A DNA stretch of 64,000 nt from Vulcanimicrobiota bacterium (lineage in GTDB: Bacteria; Vulcanimicrobiota; Xenobia; Xenobiales; JADMJV01). Under the pieces are notes generated by a model. That model was not told the DNA's origin. It worked only from the letters and a program-made list of their open reading frames with translations, and did not search any database. This document shows, piece by piece, positions 1-8,224 of the stretch. A program made the position numbers and the translations under genes. Positions within the stretch are counted from its first letter, which is position 1; the number at the start of each line of letters is the position of its first letter. The DNA lies in the NCBI GenBank assembly GCA_050250895.1, contig JBFWNU010000004.1:462934-526933 (forward strand). The letters are read 5' to 3'.

Positions 1-156
1 CGCCTGTCGGGCGACTGGCGTTACTACGAGGTCGATCTGTCGCGCTTTGACGGCCAAGAGGTGCAGGTGCGTTTTCGTCTGCGCAGCAACGGTGAAGAGA
101 GCGACACCGGCATCATGCTCGATAACTTCCGGCTGCTGTCAGACCGAACCTCGTAA
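1..156 (+). CDS. 3' end of a gene running in from the left edge; beta-sandwich C-terminus (immune-inhibitor-A/MAM-like)
   Basis: Frame 1 is open to TAA at 154-156: ...WRYYEVDLSRFDGQEVQVRFRLRSNGEESDTGIMLDNFRL, matching the 'DLS.f.G..v.vRFr......G..iDn' pattern. Confidence 0.55.
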   Translation, partial: RLSGDWRYYEVDLSRFDGQEVQVRFRLRSNGEESDTGIMLDNFRLLSDRTS

Positions 157-158
157 CC

Positions 159-1535
159 TCAGGCGCTGACGCTGGCCTTGCCGAAGTCGTTGAAGCGGGC
201 GAACTCGGTGATCAGTTTGATGCGCGGCAGGTTGCCCTGGTCGCGGTTGTCGACCACGTATTGGGCCGCCTGCTTGATCTCTTCGTTAGAGAAGGTGTTC
301 GAGTCGGTCACGAAGGGCACGTGAAAGAAGTGTCGTTTGCTCTCGGTCTCGAGCCCGTAGCGCTCGGGGTGAAGGTCGAACAGCGTGTTAGGATTGCGAT
401 AGAGCTGCTTGACCTGCAGGTTCGAAGGCCGTAGCTTGATGGCGAAATCGAAGGTCTTCTTGAAGTACTCGAGGTTGTCGCCGGGCAAGCCCACGATGAC
501 GTCGAGCTGCAGAGCGATGCCGCTCTGATAGAGCTTGTCGGCGATGCGGACATAGTCCTCGTTGGTGACTCCGCTACCCATCAGATAGCGGCTGTCAGGA
601 GCGATGGTCTGTAGCCCGATCTGGACCCACACAATGTTGGCCTGGGGCAAGAACTCGAGCAACTCGTCCGACAAAAACTCGGGTCGGCACATCACATACA
701 GATCGGGCCGCCTGAGGTCGAGCCCCGCAAAGTGTGCTTCATAGCCCTGGGCGAACTCTCTGAATCTGCGCCGGTTGACGATGAAGCAGTCGTCGAGCAT
801 GAAGACGGCCGGCACCTGGCGACGAGCCAGATACTCGAGCTCAGCAAAGACTCGCTCGAGAGAGAAGGTGCGCACGTGCGAGAACTTGACGCTGCGCGAG
901 CAGAAGTGACACTTGAACGGGCAGCCTCGGGTGGTGGACATGAACACTTGCTGACCGGGGTTGTTGTCGAGGTAAAAGTCGAGGGCTCCGGACAAATAGG
1001 GCGAGGGCAGGTCGTCGAGGTTTTCGACCAAGCCCGGGTCGGGGTTGAACTGCAATTCGCCGTCGGGCTTGCGAAAGACAAAGCCCGGCACCTCGTCAAA
1101 GTCACCTCGCCGATAGAACTCGGCCATGGCCACCTCGGGCTCGCCCCGCAGACAGAAGTCGAGTTCGGCCACGCCCTTGAACATGTTGCGGGCGATCAGG
1201 TCGGTGACCTTATAGCTGTGAAAGCCTACCAGGGTCTGCGGCTTCTGTTTCTTGATCTCGCGCGCCAGCAACACGGCCGCGTTGGCGTAGAACATCATGC
1301 TCCAGAGGATATTGTCGAGCACGAAGATATAGACATCGGCGTCCTTGGCCAGCAGCCCGGCCAGTTCGGCCATCAGGCGTTCCCCCGCCTCGAGGCGCAC
1401 GATGTCGACCGAGGCCTGAGGAAAAGAGTGCAAGATGTTGGCCTTGGCATAGGCCGAATCGAGTGGGGTGTAGGGCCTGTGGCTGTGGGCGAAGTAGGCG
1501 AAGCAGATCTTCTTCGCCGCGTTAGGCCTTGTCAT
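159..1535 (-). CDS. B12-binding-domain radical SAM protein (class B methyltransferase-like)
   Basis: TRGCPFKCHFC CxxxCxxC motif; RGEPE and LDDLPSPY motifs; N-terminal Rossmann-like domain. Start moved to ATG 1535 (MTRPN). Confidence 0.85.
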   Translation of the reverse strand: MTRPNAAKKICFAYFAHSHRPYTPLDSAYAKANILHSFPQASVDIVRLEAGERLMAELAGLLAKDADVYIFVLDNILWSMMFYANAAVLLAREIKKQKPQTLVGFHSYKVTDLIARNMFKGVAELDFCLRGEPEVAMAEFYRRGDFDEVPGFVFRKPDGELQFNPDPGLVENLDDLPSPYLSGALDFYLDNNPGQQVFMSTTRGCPFKCHFCSRSVKFSHVRTFSLERVFAELEYLARRQVPAVFMLDDCFIVNRRRFREFAQGYEAHFAGLDLRRPDLYVMCRPEFLSDELLEFLPQANIVWVQIGLQTIAPDSRYLMGSGVTNEDYVRIADKLYQSGIALQLDVIVGLPGDNLEYFKKTFDFAIKLRPSNLQVKQLYRNPNTLFDLHPERYGLETESKRHFFHVPFVTDSNTFSNEEIKQAAQYVVDNRDQGNLPRIKLITEFARFNDFGKASVSA

Positions 1536-1711
1536 CACTAGACTTTCTGGGAGCCAGAGAACCGATCCTCCCGCCCCTGGCCACTTCTGACAGATGAACA
1601 AAACGTCGGACAATGTAAACAACGCGTTAACAATCGGCCATCTCAACTCCAAGAGGGCCTCCACTCAGCCGCAGTAGAGTCTTGTCAAGAAGACATCGAG
1701 AGGGATCACAA

Positions 1712-2797
1712 ATGGTCAACGCACACAACACCTTCACCACCCAGCCGGCCCTGCAGACGGGCGGAGCCTTCCAGGCCAACCTTGGTGCAGCCAGCACCGC
1801 CCCCCTGGCTCAGCTGGCTTTTCAGGTCGGCGTGCAGGCCCCTATCAATGCCACCTATCAGGGCTGGAACAGCTTTGCCGGCGGCGGCGCCCAGCTGTTC
1901 GGCGGGCTGCCTTTCAACAGCAACGCGGCCTCGTCGCCCTTCGGCTCGATGGCCCAGATCGGGATGCTCTTCACCCTCATTCAGGCCCTGAGCGCCCTCT
2001 TCCAGAGCAACCAGGTGGCCTCTCCCCAGCCCTATCAGCCCAATCCCTATCAGCCCACCCAGCCCCAGCCGGCCCCCTATCAGGACCTTCACTATCAGCC
2101 TCCCGTCCAGCAGCCGCCCGCGACCAGCTATCAACACGCCGAGGTGAAAGCCGAAGTCAAGCCGGTGGTGCACGAACAAAATCAGGCCGAACTCCGGGCC
2201 CAGATCGAGGCCGAGGTTCGCGTTCAACTAGAACAAGAAGCTCAGGCCCAGGCGCAGCTGAATTTTGGCGGCGGCGACGGTGACGGTGGTGGCGGCGGCG
2301 GTGACGGCAGCCCCATCATCCTCGACCTCAACGGCGACGGCAAGCTCGACGTAACCGGCAAAGGCGGCGACATGATCGACTTCGACCTGTTCGGCAATGG
2401 CAGCCCTATCAAGACCGAGTGGCTCAAAAAGGGCACCCAGGACGGCCTATTGGTAGCCGACTTCAATGGCGACGGCAAGATCGACAGCGGCCGCGAACTG
2501 ATGCGCAACACCGGCGTAAACGGTGAGCAGCACAAATACGCCAACGGTTGGGATAAGCTCGGCAAGCTGTTCGACAAGAACGGCGACGGCAATGTTTCAG
2601 GCGCCGAACTCGACGGCCTGATGGTCTGGGTCGATTCCAACGGCGACGGCATCTCGGACCCCGGTGAGTTGCAGTCAGTGGCTTCGCGCGGTGTGTCTGA
2701 AATCGAGTTGCCCAAAGACGGCGGCCTGATCAGCAACTTCACCATGAACGGCCGTCAGCAGCTGGCCGAGGACTACATTTTCGATATCAAACCCTGA
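1712..2797 (+). CDS. Q/P-rich protein with a C-terminal Ca2+-binding module resembling the FrpC self-processing module
   Basis: SPIILDLNGDG...DGLLVADFNGDGKIDSGREL...DKNGDG...VWVDSNGDGISDPGEL; GAGGGA upstream of ATG 1712. Confidence 0.75.
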   Translation: MVNAHNTFTTQPALQTGGAFQANLGAASTAPLAQLAFQVGVQAPINATYQGWNSFAGGGAQLFGGLPFNSNAASSPFGSMAQIGMLFTLIQALSALFQSNQVASPQPYQPNPYQPTQPQPAPYQDLHYQPPVQQPPATSYQHAEVKAEVKPVVHEQNQAELRAQIEAEVRVQLEQEAQAQAQLNFGGGDGDGGGGGGDGSPIILDLNGDGKLDVTGKGGDMIDFDLFGNGSPIKTEWLKKGTQDGLLVADFNGDGKIDSGRELMRNTGVNGEQHKYANGWDKLGKLFDKNGDGNVSGAELDGLMVWVDSNGDGISDPGELQSVASRGVSEIELPKDGGLISNFTMNGRQQLAEDYIFDIKP

Positions 2798-2832
2798 GGG
2801 AGTTTTGCCAGCCGAAGAGAAGCCTTTGGCCC

Positions 2833-3759
2833 ATGACGGCGCTGGCGGAGTTTTCTTTAGAGAAGCGTATCGGCCGAGGCAGCTACGGCGATATCTTCCT
2901 GGCGGCCGGACCCGATGGGCCGGCCGCCATCAAGGTGTTGCGCGCCGACCGCCAGACCCCCCAGATGACCTCGAGGTTTCGGGCCGAAGTCGCCGCCCTC
3001 GAGAAGGTCTGTGACCACCCCTGGGTCGTCTCGCTGAAATGCCCCCTGCGCGAGGTCGCCGAGGGGGGGATGTACTACGCCATGGAGTACCTACCCGGCG
3101 GAACCCTCGACGACCTGGTGAAGGTCGGCGGTTATGGCTTGAGCCAGGTGCTGGCGGTGGCCGCGGGTCTGGCTGAAGGCCTGGCCAGGATCCACCAGGC
3201 CGGCCTGCTGCACCGCGACCTGTGCCTCAAGAATGTGTTGCTCGACGGCCAGGGTGGGGCTCGCATCAGCGACTTCGGCCTGTGTCGTCCCACCCAGCAA
3301 GACGAAGGCGCCACTCCCGACTTCTGGTTCGCCCACGGCGATCCCGAGTGCGCCTCGCCAGAACGACTGTTTCACATCGAGAGCGGCGAGCTGGGCGATG
3401 TCTATTCGCTGGGCTCGGTCCTCTATTCGCTGTTGACCCGGCGCTCTTTGTTCGCCCTGAGCGAACTGGCCTTTCTCTATTCAATCTACACTCGCCAGGT
3501 CGAGCAGTTTTTTCGCACCTGCATCCAACACCAGCTGCCCTGCCCCACCATCGACTTTCGAGCGGTCTACGACCACTATCTCAAGCGCAGCCCCGAACTC
3601 AAGCTCACCCCGCTGGCGGTCGATGTCCACCGCGACCAGCTGGCCGGCTTGACCGAGGTGGTGGCGGACCTGGTCGAGCCCGACTATTGGCGTCGCCTCA
3701 AGCGCTTCGGCAGCCTCGAGGCGGTGGCCGCCCGTCTGCGCGAACTGGGAGCCCTCTGA
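2833..3759 (+). CDS. Hanks-type protein kinase with an atypical catalytic loop
   Basis: IGRGSYGDIF, AIKVL, HRDLCLKN, DFG, SPE, DVYSLG. Confidence 0.9.
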   Translation: MTALAEFSLEKRIGRGSYGDIFLAAGPDGPAAIKVLRADRQTPQMTSRFRAEVAALEKVCDHPWVVSLKCPLREVAEGGMYYAMEYLPGGTLDDLVKVGGYGLSQVLAVAAGLAEGLARIHQAGLLHRDLCLKNVLLDGQGGARISDFGLCRPTQQDEGATPDFWFAHGDPECASPERLFHIESGELGDVYSLGSVLYSLLTRRSLFALSELAFLYSIYTRQVEQFFRTCIQHQLPCPTIDFRAVYDHYLKRSPELKLTPLAVDVHRDQLAGLTEVVADLVEPDYWRRLKRFGSLEAVAARLRELGAL

Positions 3760-5513
3760 TGGTCCCTGTCTACGCCCCCGAAATAGTAACTTTGCTCGAT
3801 GGGATGCTGGCCCTGATCGAAGGTCGCGCGAGCGCACAACAGTGCCGACAGCACCTGCAAGCCGCCCGAGAGTGTCAAAAGGTCGCGCGCTATCGAGCCC
3901 ACGAGCAAGCGGCGGCCGTCTTCGACCAGCCCGAACTGGTGGCCATGTGCCGAGAGCGGGATGAGCTGCTGCAAGCACGACAGCAAACGCTCGACGACAT
4001 CGAAGGGGCTTTGACCAGCCCGGACCGTTTGGTCGACCTGGGCCGCCGCCTGCAGGAACTGTCGTTCCAGGCGGCCCAGCTGGGCCGCTCTATCGAAGAA
4101 GCGCGTCCCGTTCCCACCAAGCTCCCGCTGCTGCAGCGCTGGCTGGCGGTCGCTCGGGCCGTGGTTGCCGAGCAGGCCTCGCCCAGTCTGCTGGCCGCCC
4201 AGGTGTCTCAACTGATGGAACTCTATCACCTCACCGAGAAGAAGGGCCAGCAGTTCGAAGAGTGTTACCCGGGCCGCACCACCGGGTTGGCCGAGGGGCT
4301 GGAGGATTTTCGCCAGGGCATGGGGGCCCTGGCCCACTATCTCGAAGCCTCGGGCCGCCCCCAGAGTCTGGTCGATAGCCTCGCTTTGCTACAATCGGCT
4401 CACGACCGCCTGTGGAAGGGCCTGCTCTTGATGGAGCAGACGCGCGAACGCGAAGGGTTTTCGCCGGTTCCCCTGCTGGATGCCTTCGTCACCTGCGCTC
4501 GCAAGGCCGTGGCTGGTCAGCGACCGATGTCTGAGTTGGCGAGTGCTCTCCAGGCCGTGGCCGGCTTTGTGGCCAGCCAGCGCCAGGACGGAGAGCGCGT
4601 GCTGACAGAGGGCTTTCCTGGCCGCCACCTGGTCGAGGCGTGGCGTAGTTCGGTGGACCCGGCGCTCGAGCAGGCAGAAAGGCTGATAGCGGCCCTCCGG
4701 GACGAGCCCGAGGCCGGTCTAAAGAAAGCTGAACGCCGGCTGACCGAGGCCTTTCGGGCCGTGCAAGCGGCGGTCCGCAAGAAGGAAGCCTGGCAAAAAG
4801 CTACCCCCCGCAACCTCGAGGCCGAGCCGAGCTGGCAAGACCTCAGAGCGGCGGTGGAAGGCTGGTGCCTCGGCGTGGTGCCGCGTTCCGCCTTGCTGGT
4901 TTGCCTCGAGCAGGCGCGCTCTCAGGCTCAGCGGCTCGAGGTTGAGCTGACCTCAGCTCCCGAACTCGAGCGGGGGGCGCTGGAGGCGGCTCTGGCCAAT
5001 CCCAAGCGGGCCTTTGCTGACATCGACGCCGCCATCCAAGCGGGCGACAAAGTCCGGCTAGCCGAGGCGCTGGCCCTGCTCGAGGACAGCTTCGACCGCT
5101 GGCTGTGGTGCAAGGACAGTTTGGTGCGTTGGGGCCGAGAAGCCACCCCCGAGCCCGAGAATTTGCTGGAACTCGTCGAGCAAGCCCGTAGCCGTCACCA
5201 GGACCTGGCCGGCTTGCGACCAACCCTTGAACTGTGCCAGCGAGTGACCTGGCTGGCTTCGCAGCGACTGGCCGAGTGGAGCAGCGCCTGTCAGCGGCCG
5301 CTGGCCGAGGACGAGGATCTGGCCGAACTCAAAGAGGGCTTTGCGGGCGACCTCTGGCAACTCGAATCGTTGTTAGAGCAGCTGTTGAGCCGGCCTGCCA
5401 GCACCCCGGCCGGTCAACTGGCCCCCCAACTCGACCGTCTGAGCGCGGTTCTGGCCGAGATCACCGAACGTCAGAGCGTCATCGAGTCGATCGCCGAGAT
5501 GGAGAACGAATAG
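3759..5513 (+). CDS. Hypothetical all-alpha protein with ~115-120 aa internal repeats
   Basis: ATG overlaps the kinase stop (TGATG); typical coding codon usage; repeated helical motif (see findings). Confidence 0.75.
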   Translation: MVPVYAPEIVTLLDGMLALIEGRASAQQCRQHLQAARECQKVARYRAHEQAAAVFDQPELVAMCRERDELLQARQQTLDDIEGALTSPDRLVDLGRRLQELSFQAAQLGRSIEEARPVPTKLPLLQRWLAVARAVVAEQASPSLLAAQVSQLMELYHLTEKKGQQFEECYPGRTTGLAEGLEDFRQGMGALAHYLEASGRPQSLVDSLALLQSAHDRLWKGLLLMEQTREREGFSPVPLLDAFVTCARKAVAGQRPMSELASALQAVAGFVASQRQDGERVLTEGFPGRHLVEAWRSSVDPALEQAERLIAALRDEPEAGLKKAERRLTEAFRAVQAAVRKKEAWQKATPRNLEAEPSWQDLRAAVEGWCLGVVPRSALLVCLEQARSQAQRLEVELTSAPELERGALEAALANPKRAFADIDAAIQAGDKVRLAEALALLEDSFDRWLWCKDSLVRWGREATPEPENLLELVEQARSRHQDLAGLRPTLELCQRVTWLASQRLAEWSSACQRPLAEDEDLAELKEGFAGDLWQLESLLEQLLSRPASTPAGQLAPQLDRLSAVLAEITERQSVIESIAEMENE

Positions 5514-7057
5514 AGGTCTCCGAACGAGGCCACCAGCAACTGCGACCCTGCCAGGGTTGGTTGGCCCAGCACCTTGAATCCTGTCTCGAAGCCCGCCAAT
5601 AGGCTGCCGTCGTCGATCGAAAAGAGATAGATGCGGTGGTCGCGCGAGCCTACGATGACCGCCCGACGAACCGGGTCATAGGTGAACCCGCCTACCAGGG
5701 CGCCGGCCGTGGCCGCCACCCAGGCCACCCGTCCGGTCTGTCTTTCGAGCGCGATCACGCGCTCGGAGTGCCCGCCCGCGATCACCAGTCCTTCGGCCAC
5801 GAGCGGCGTATTGTAGAGGTGGTGCGAGAGGCGCCGCTTCCACAAGAGCCGGCCGGTCCCAGCCCCGACAGCGTAGAGATGTCCGTCAAACGAGCCGAAA
5901 TAGCAGACCTCCCCGGCGATCACCGGCTGGGCCTTGATGGCTCCTTCGGTTTCAAACTGCCACGCCAGTCGCCCGCTCTGGGCTTCGACCGCCCGCAGGA
6001 CCCCATCGTTAGCACCCACATAGACGGTGCCTCCTTCGACCCAGGGCGACGAGTGGATGTAGTCGCGGGCGTTCACCTCCCAGCAGCGTTGGCCGCTGGA
6101 GGCATCCAGGGCCAGCAGACTGCCGCCCGCCTGGCCGAACTCGATGCCCACGAAGAGACGGTCGAGACCCTCATGAACGGCGGCCGAAGAGCCGATCCAT
6201 TGACCCGGCCGGGTCTCCCAAACTAGCTCTCCCGAATTCGCCTCGACACAGTAGAGATAGCCGTCATAGGCTCCCGCGTAGACTCGTCCGCGATGAACCA
6301 GCGGAGTGGCGTGAATGCCGCGGATTTGATCACGCACAGCATAGCGCCAGCGCTCCTGGCCGTGACGATCCAGGCACAGCAAAAAACCGCGATCGCTACC
6401 CACGAAGACCGACTCGTCAGCCACCACCGGGGCCGACTTGGGAGCCGGGTATTCGCCCGCATTGAGGCCCTCGAAGGTCCACGCCAGGCTGAGCTTTTGC
6501 TCGGGCTCGCGCTGGGCCACGCCCAGCCCCGCCAGAGTGAACAGACTCTCGACGGCGATGCCGCGTTCGCGCAACCAGACGGCCCCGGAGCGCTCGTAGT
6601 CGACCATCACCCCCACCGCCAGAATCTCGCAATCGTAGGGCCGCAAAGCGCTGATCGCCTGACGCTGGGTGTCGCCCGAATTGACCAGGTCGTCGACCAG
6701 CACCACCCGCGAGCCAGGCTTGGGTTGAGGACCTTCGACCTGACGGCGCAGTCCGTTCTCTTTGGGGGTGCGGCGAATGATCAACGCGTCGAGGGGATAG
6801 CCGTCTCGGCGACTCTCATACAGAATGCCCACCGTCAGCGGATTGGCCGCCAGGGTCAGCCCGCCCACATAGTCAGGCTCATAGACCTTGAGCCGATCCC
6901 ACAGGGCCCGGCAGGTCTGCTGCAGGTAGTCGCCCTGCAGCAAGAGTTCGCGACAATCGAGCATCCAGGCGTACGGCTCACCGTTGCGCCCGACACCCTC
7001 GCCAAATTTCAGGGCAATGTCGAGCACACCGGCTCGAAGTTGAGCCAGCTCAGCCAT
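5471..7057 (-). CDS. Fusion of a PyrE-like type I phosphoribosyltransferase and a PQQ/BamB-type beta-propeller
   Basis: ALKFG...DCRELL, GGLTLAANP, PRPP loop VVLVDDLVNSGDT, then ~8 'SSP.v..g.vyvGs.DG.lyA.da.tG...W' repeats. Start ATG 7057 overlaps the sirtuin stop. Confidence 0.85.
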   Translation of the reverse strand: MAELAQLRAGVLDIALKFGEGVGRNGEPYAWMLDCRELLLQGDYLQQTCRALWDRLKVYEPDYVGGLTLAANPLTVGILYESRRDGYPLDALIIRRTPKENGLRRQVEGPQPKPGSRVVLVDDLVNSGDTQRQAISALRPYDCEILAVGVMVDYERSGAVWLRERGIAVESLFTLAGLGVAQREPEQKLSLAWTFEGLNAGEYPAPKSAPVVADESVFVGSDRGFLLCLDRHGQERWRYAVRDQIRGIHATPLVHRGRVYAGAYDGYLYCVEANSGELVWETRPGQWIGSSAAVHEGLDRLFVGIEFGQAGGSLLALDASSGQRCWEVNARDYIHSSPWVEGGTVYVGANDGVLRAVEAQSGRLAWQFETEGAIKAQPVIAGEVCYFGSFDGHLYAVGAGTGRLLWKRRLSHHLYNTPLVAEGLVIAGGHSERVIALERQTGRVAWVAATAGALVGGFTYDPVRRAVIVGSRDHRIYLFSIDDGSLLAGFETGFKVLGQPTLAGSQLLVASFGDLYSFSISAIDSMTL

Positions 7058-7757
7058 CGAGCAGCTCCGGCACCAGCTCTTCGGCCTTGCCCTGGAAATA
7101 CTGGTCGAATTTGCCGCCAGGTTCAAGATTGATGTTGATGGTCCAGGCTCCGGCATAGGCGGCCCACTCGACAAAGCGCGCGGCCGGGTCGACCGTGCCC
7201 GAGGTACCGATGGATAGGAACAGGTCCACCTCGCGGAAGGCCCGCTTGGAAAGCCACTCGGCCCTGGCTGGCAGGGCTTCGCCGAAAAGCACGATGTCGG
7301 GGCGCAGCACCGCACCGCAAAGTTGGCAGGCCAGGACGGCCTCGAGGTGCTCGGCCTGGTCGACAAACGGCTCGAGCTGGCAATCGGGATTAGAGCATCG
7401 AGTTCGGGCCAGATTGCCGTGCAGCTCGATCACTTCGGGGCTGCCTGCCCGCTGATGCAGGCCGTCGACGTTCTGGGTGATGAGGGTCACGCCGGGATGG
7501 CGCCGCTGGAGGCGGGCCAGGGCCAGGTGGGCGGCATTGGGTTGGGCCTGGCGAGCCATGGTGCGCAGGGGCCCGAACAGTCGCCAGACGGCCTGGGGGT
7601 CGCGGCCCAGGGTCTCGACGGTGGCCAGGTCGGCTGTCTCGGGCTGCTTCCAAAGGCCATCCGCGCCACGATAGGTGGGCAGCTGCGAGCCGGCCGACAC
7701 CCCTGCCCCGGTGAGAACCACGATGGATGGATAGCAGTCGAGTTGGAGCGGCGGCAC
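7050..7757 (-). CDS. cobB: NAD-dependent protein deacylase, Sir2/CobB family
   Basis: LTGAGVSAGS, TQNVDGLH, ELHGN, Zn ligands CSNPDC/CQLC, RPDIVLFGE, IGTSGTV. Confidence 0.9.
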   Translation of the reverse strand: MPPLQLDCYPSIVVLTGAGVSAGSQLPTYRGADGLWKQPETADLATVETLGRDPQAVWRLFGPLRTMARQAQPNAAHLALARLQRRHPGVTLITQNVDGLHQRAGSPEVIELHGNLARTRCSNPDCQLEPFVDQAEHLEAVLACQLCGAVLRPDIVLFGEALPARAEWLSKRAFREVDLFLSIGTSGTVDPAARFVEWAAYAGAWTININLEPGGKFDQYFQGKAEELVPELLDG

Positions 7758-7759
7758 GT

Positions 7760-8182
7760 TCAGGCAGGCACCGCTTCGACGTTGCCCAGAGGCTGGGGAC
7801 CGTTGGCCTTGACAACCGTGACCGGACAGTGGGCTGCCCTGACCACCGTCTCGGCCACGCTGCCAAAGACGGTGCGGGCCAGACCCGTGCGCCCATGGGA
7901 ACAGATCACAATCAGGTCAGAGTCTTCTTCGAGGGCTGCGGCCACGATCTCGGGGGCCGGCTCACCCACCCGGACGGCGCCGCGCACGGCCAATCGGTGA
8001 AACTCGAGTCGATGGCGCAGCCCCTCGAGATACTCCACCTGGCGTTGCATACCGGCCTTGTCGGCGCACACGCTCACCAGGGTCAGCTGAGAACCGCAAA
8101 AGCGGGACAGTTCAGCAGCGTGCAGGGCTGCCTGCTCGGCCAACGGCGAACCGTCCAACGGAACCAGGATCTTGGCATACAC
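7760..8182 (-). CDS. Universal stress protein (UspA family)
   Basis: KILVPLDGS...DLIVICSHGRTG...GSVAETVVRAAHCPVTVV. Confidence 0.93.
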   Translation of the reverse strand: MYAKILVPLDGSPLAEQAALHAAELSRFCGSQLTLVSVCADKAGMQRQVEYLEGLRHRLEFHRLAVRGAVRVGEPAPEIVAAALEEDSDLIVICSHGRTGLARTVFGSVAETVVRAAHCPVTVVKANGPQPLGNVEAVPA

Positions 8183-8224
8183 GGGTCGAGTTTTGGCGGG
8201 GCAGGGGCCGTCTCCTGCCGCCGT

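Noticed and set aside
5471-5513. 3' overlaps of convergent genes (also 19036-19070, 22212-22242 and 60801-60830)
   Set aside because: Short tail-to-tail overlaps are common in compact high-GC genomes; no evidence of a specific function.
7050-7757. Sirtuin as an anti-phage SIR2 NADase (Thoeris/DSR type)
   Set aside because: It has the Zn-binding Cys pairs, size and motifs of a CobB-type deacylase and no defence-type partner genes.
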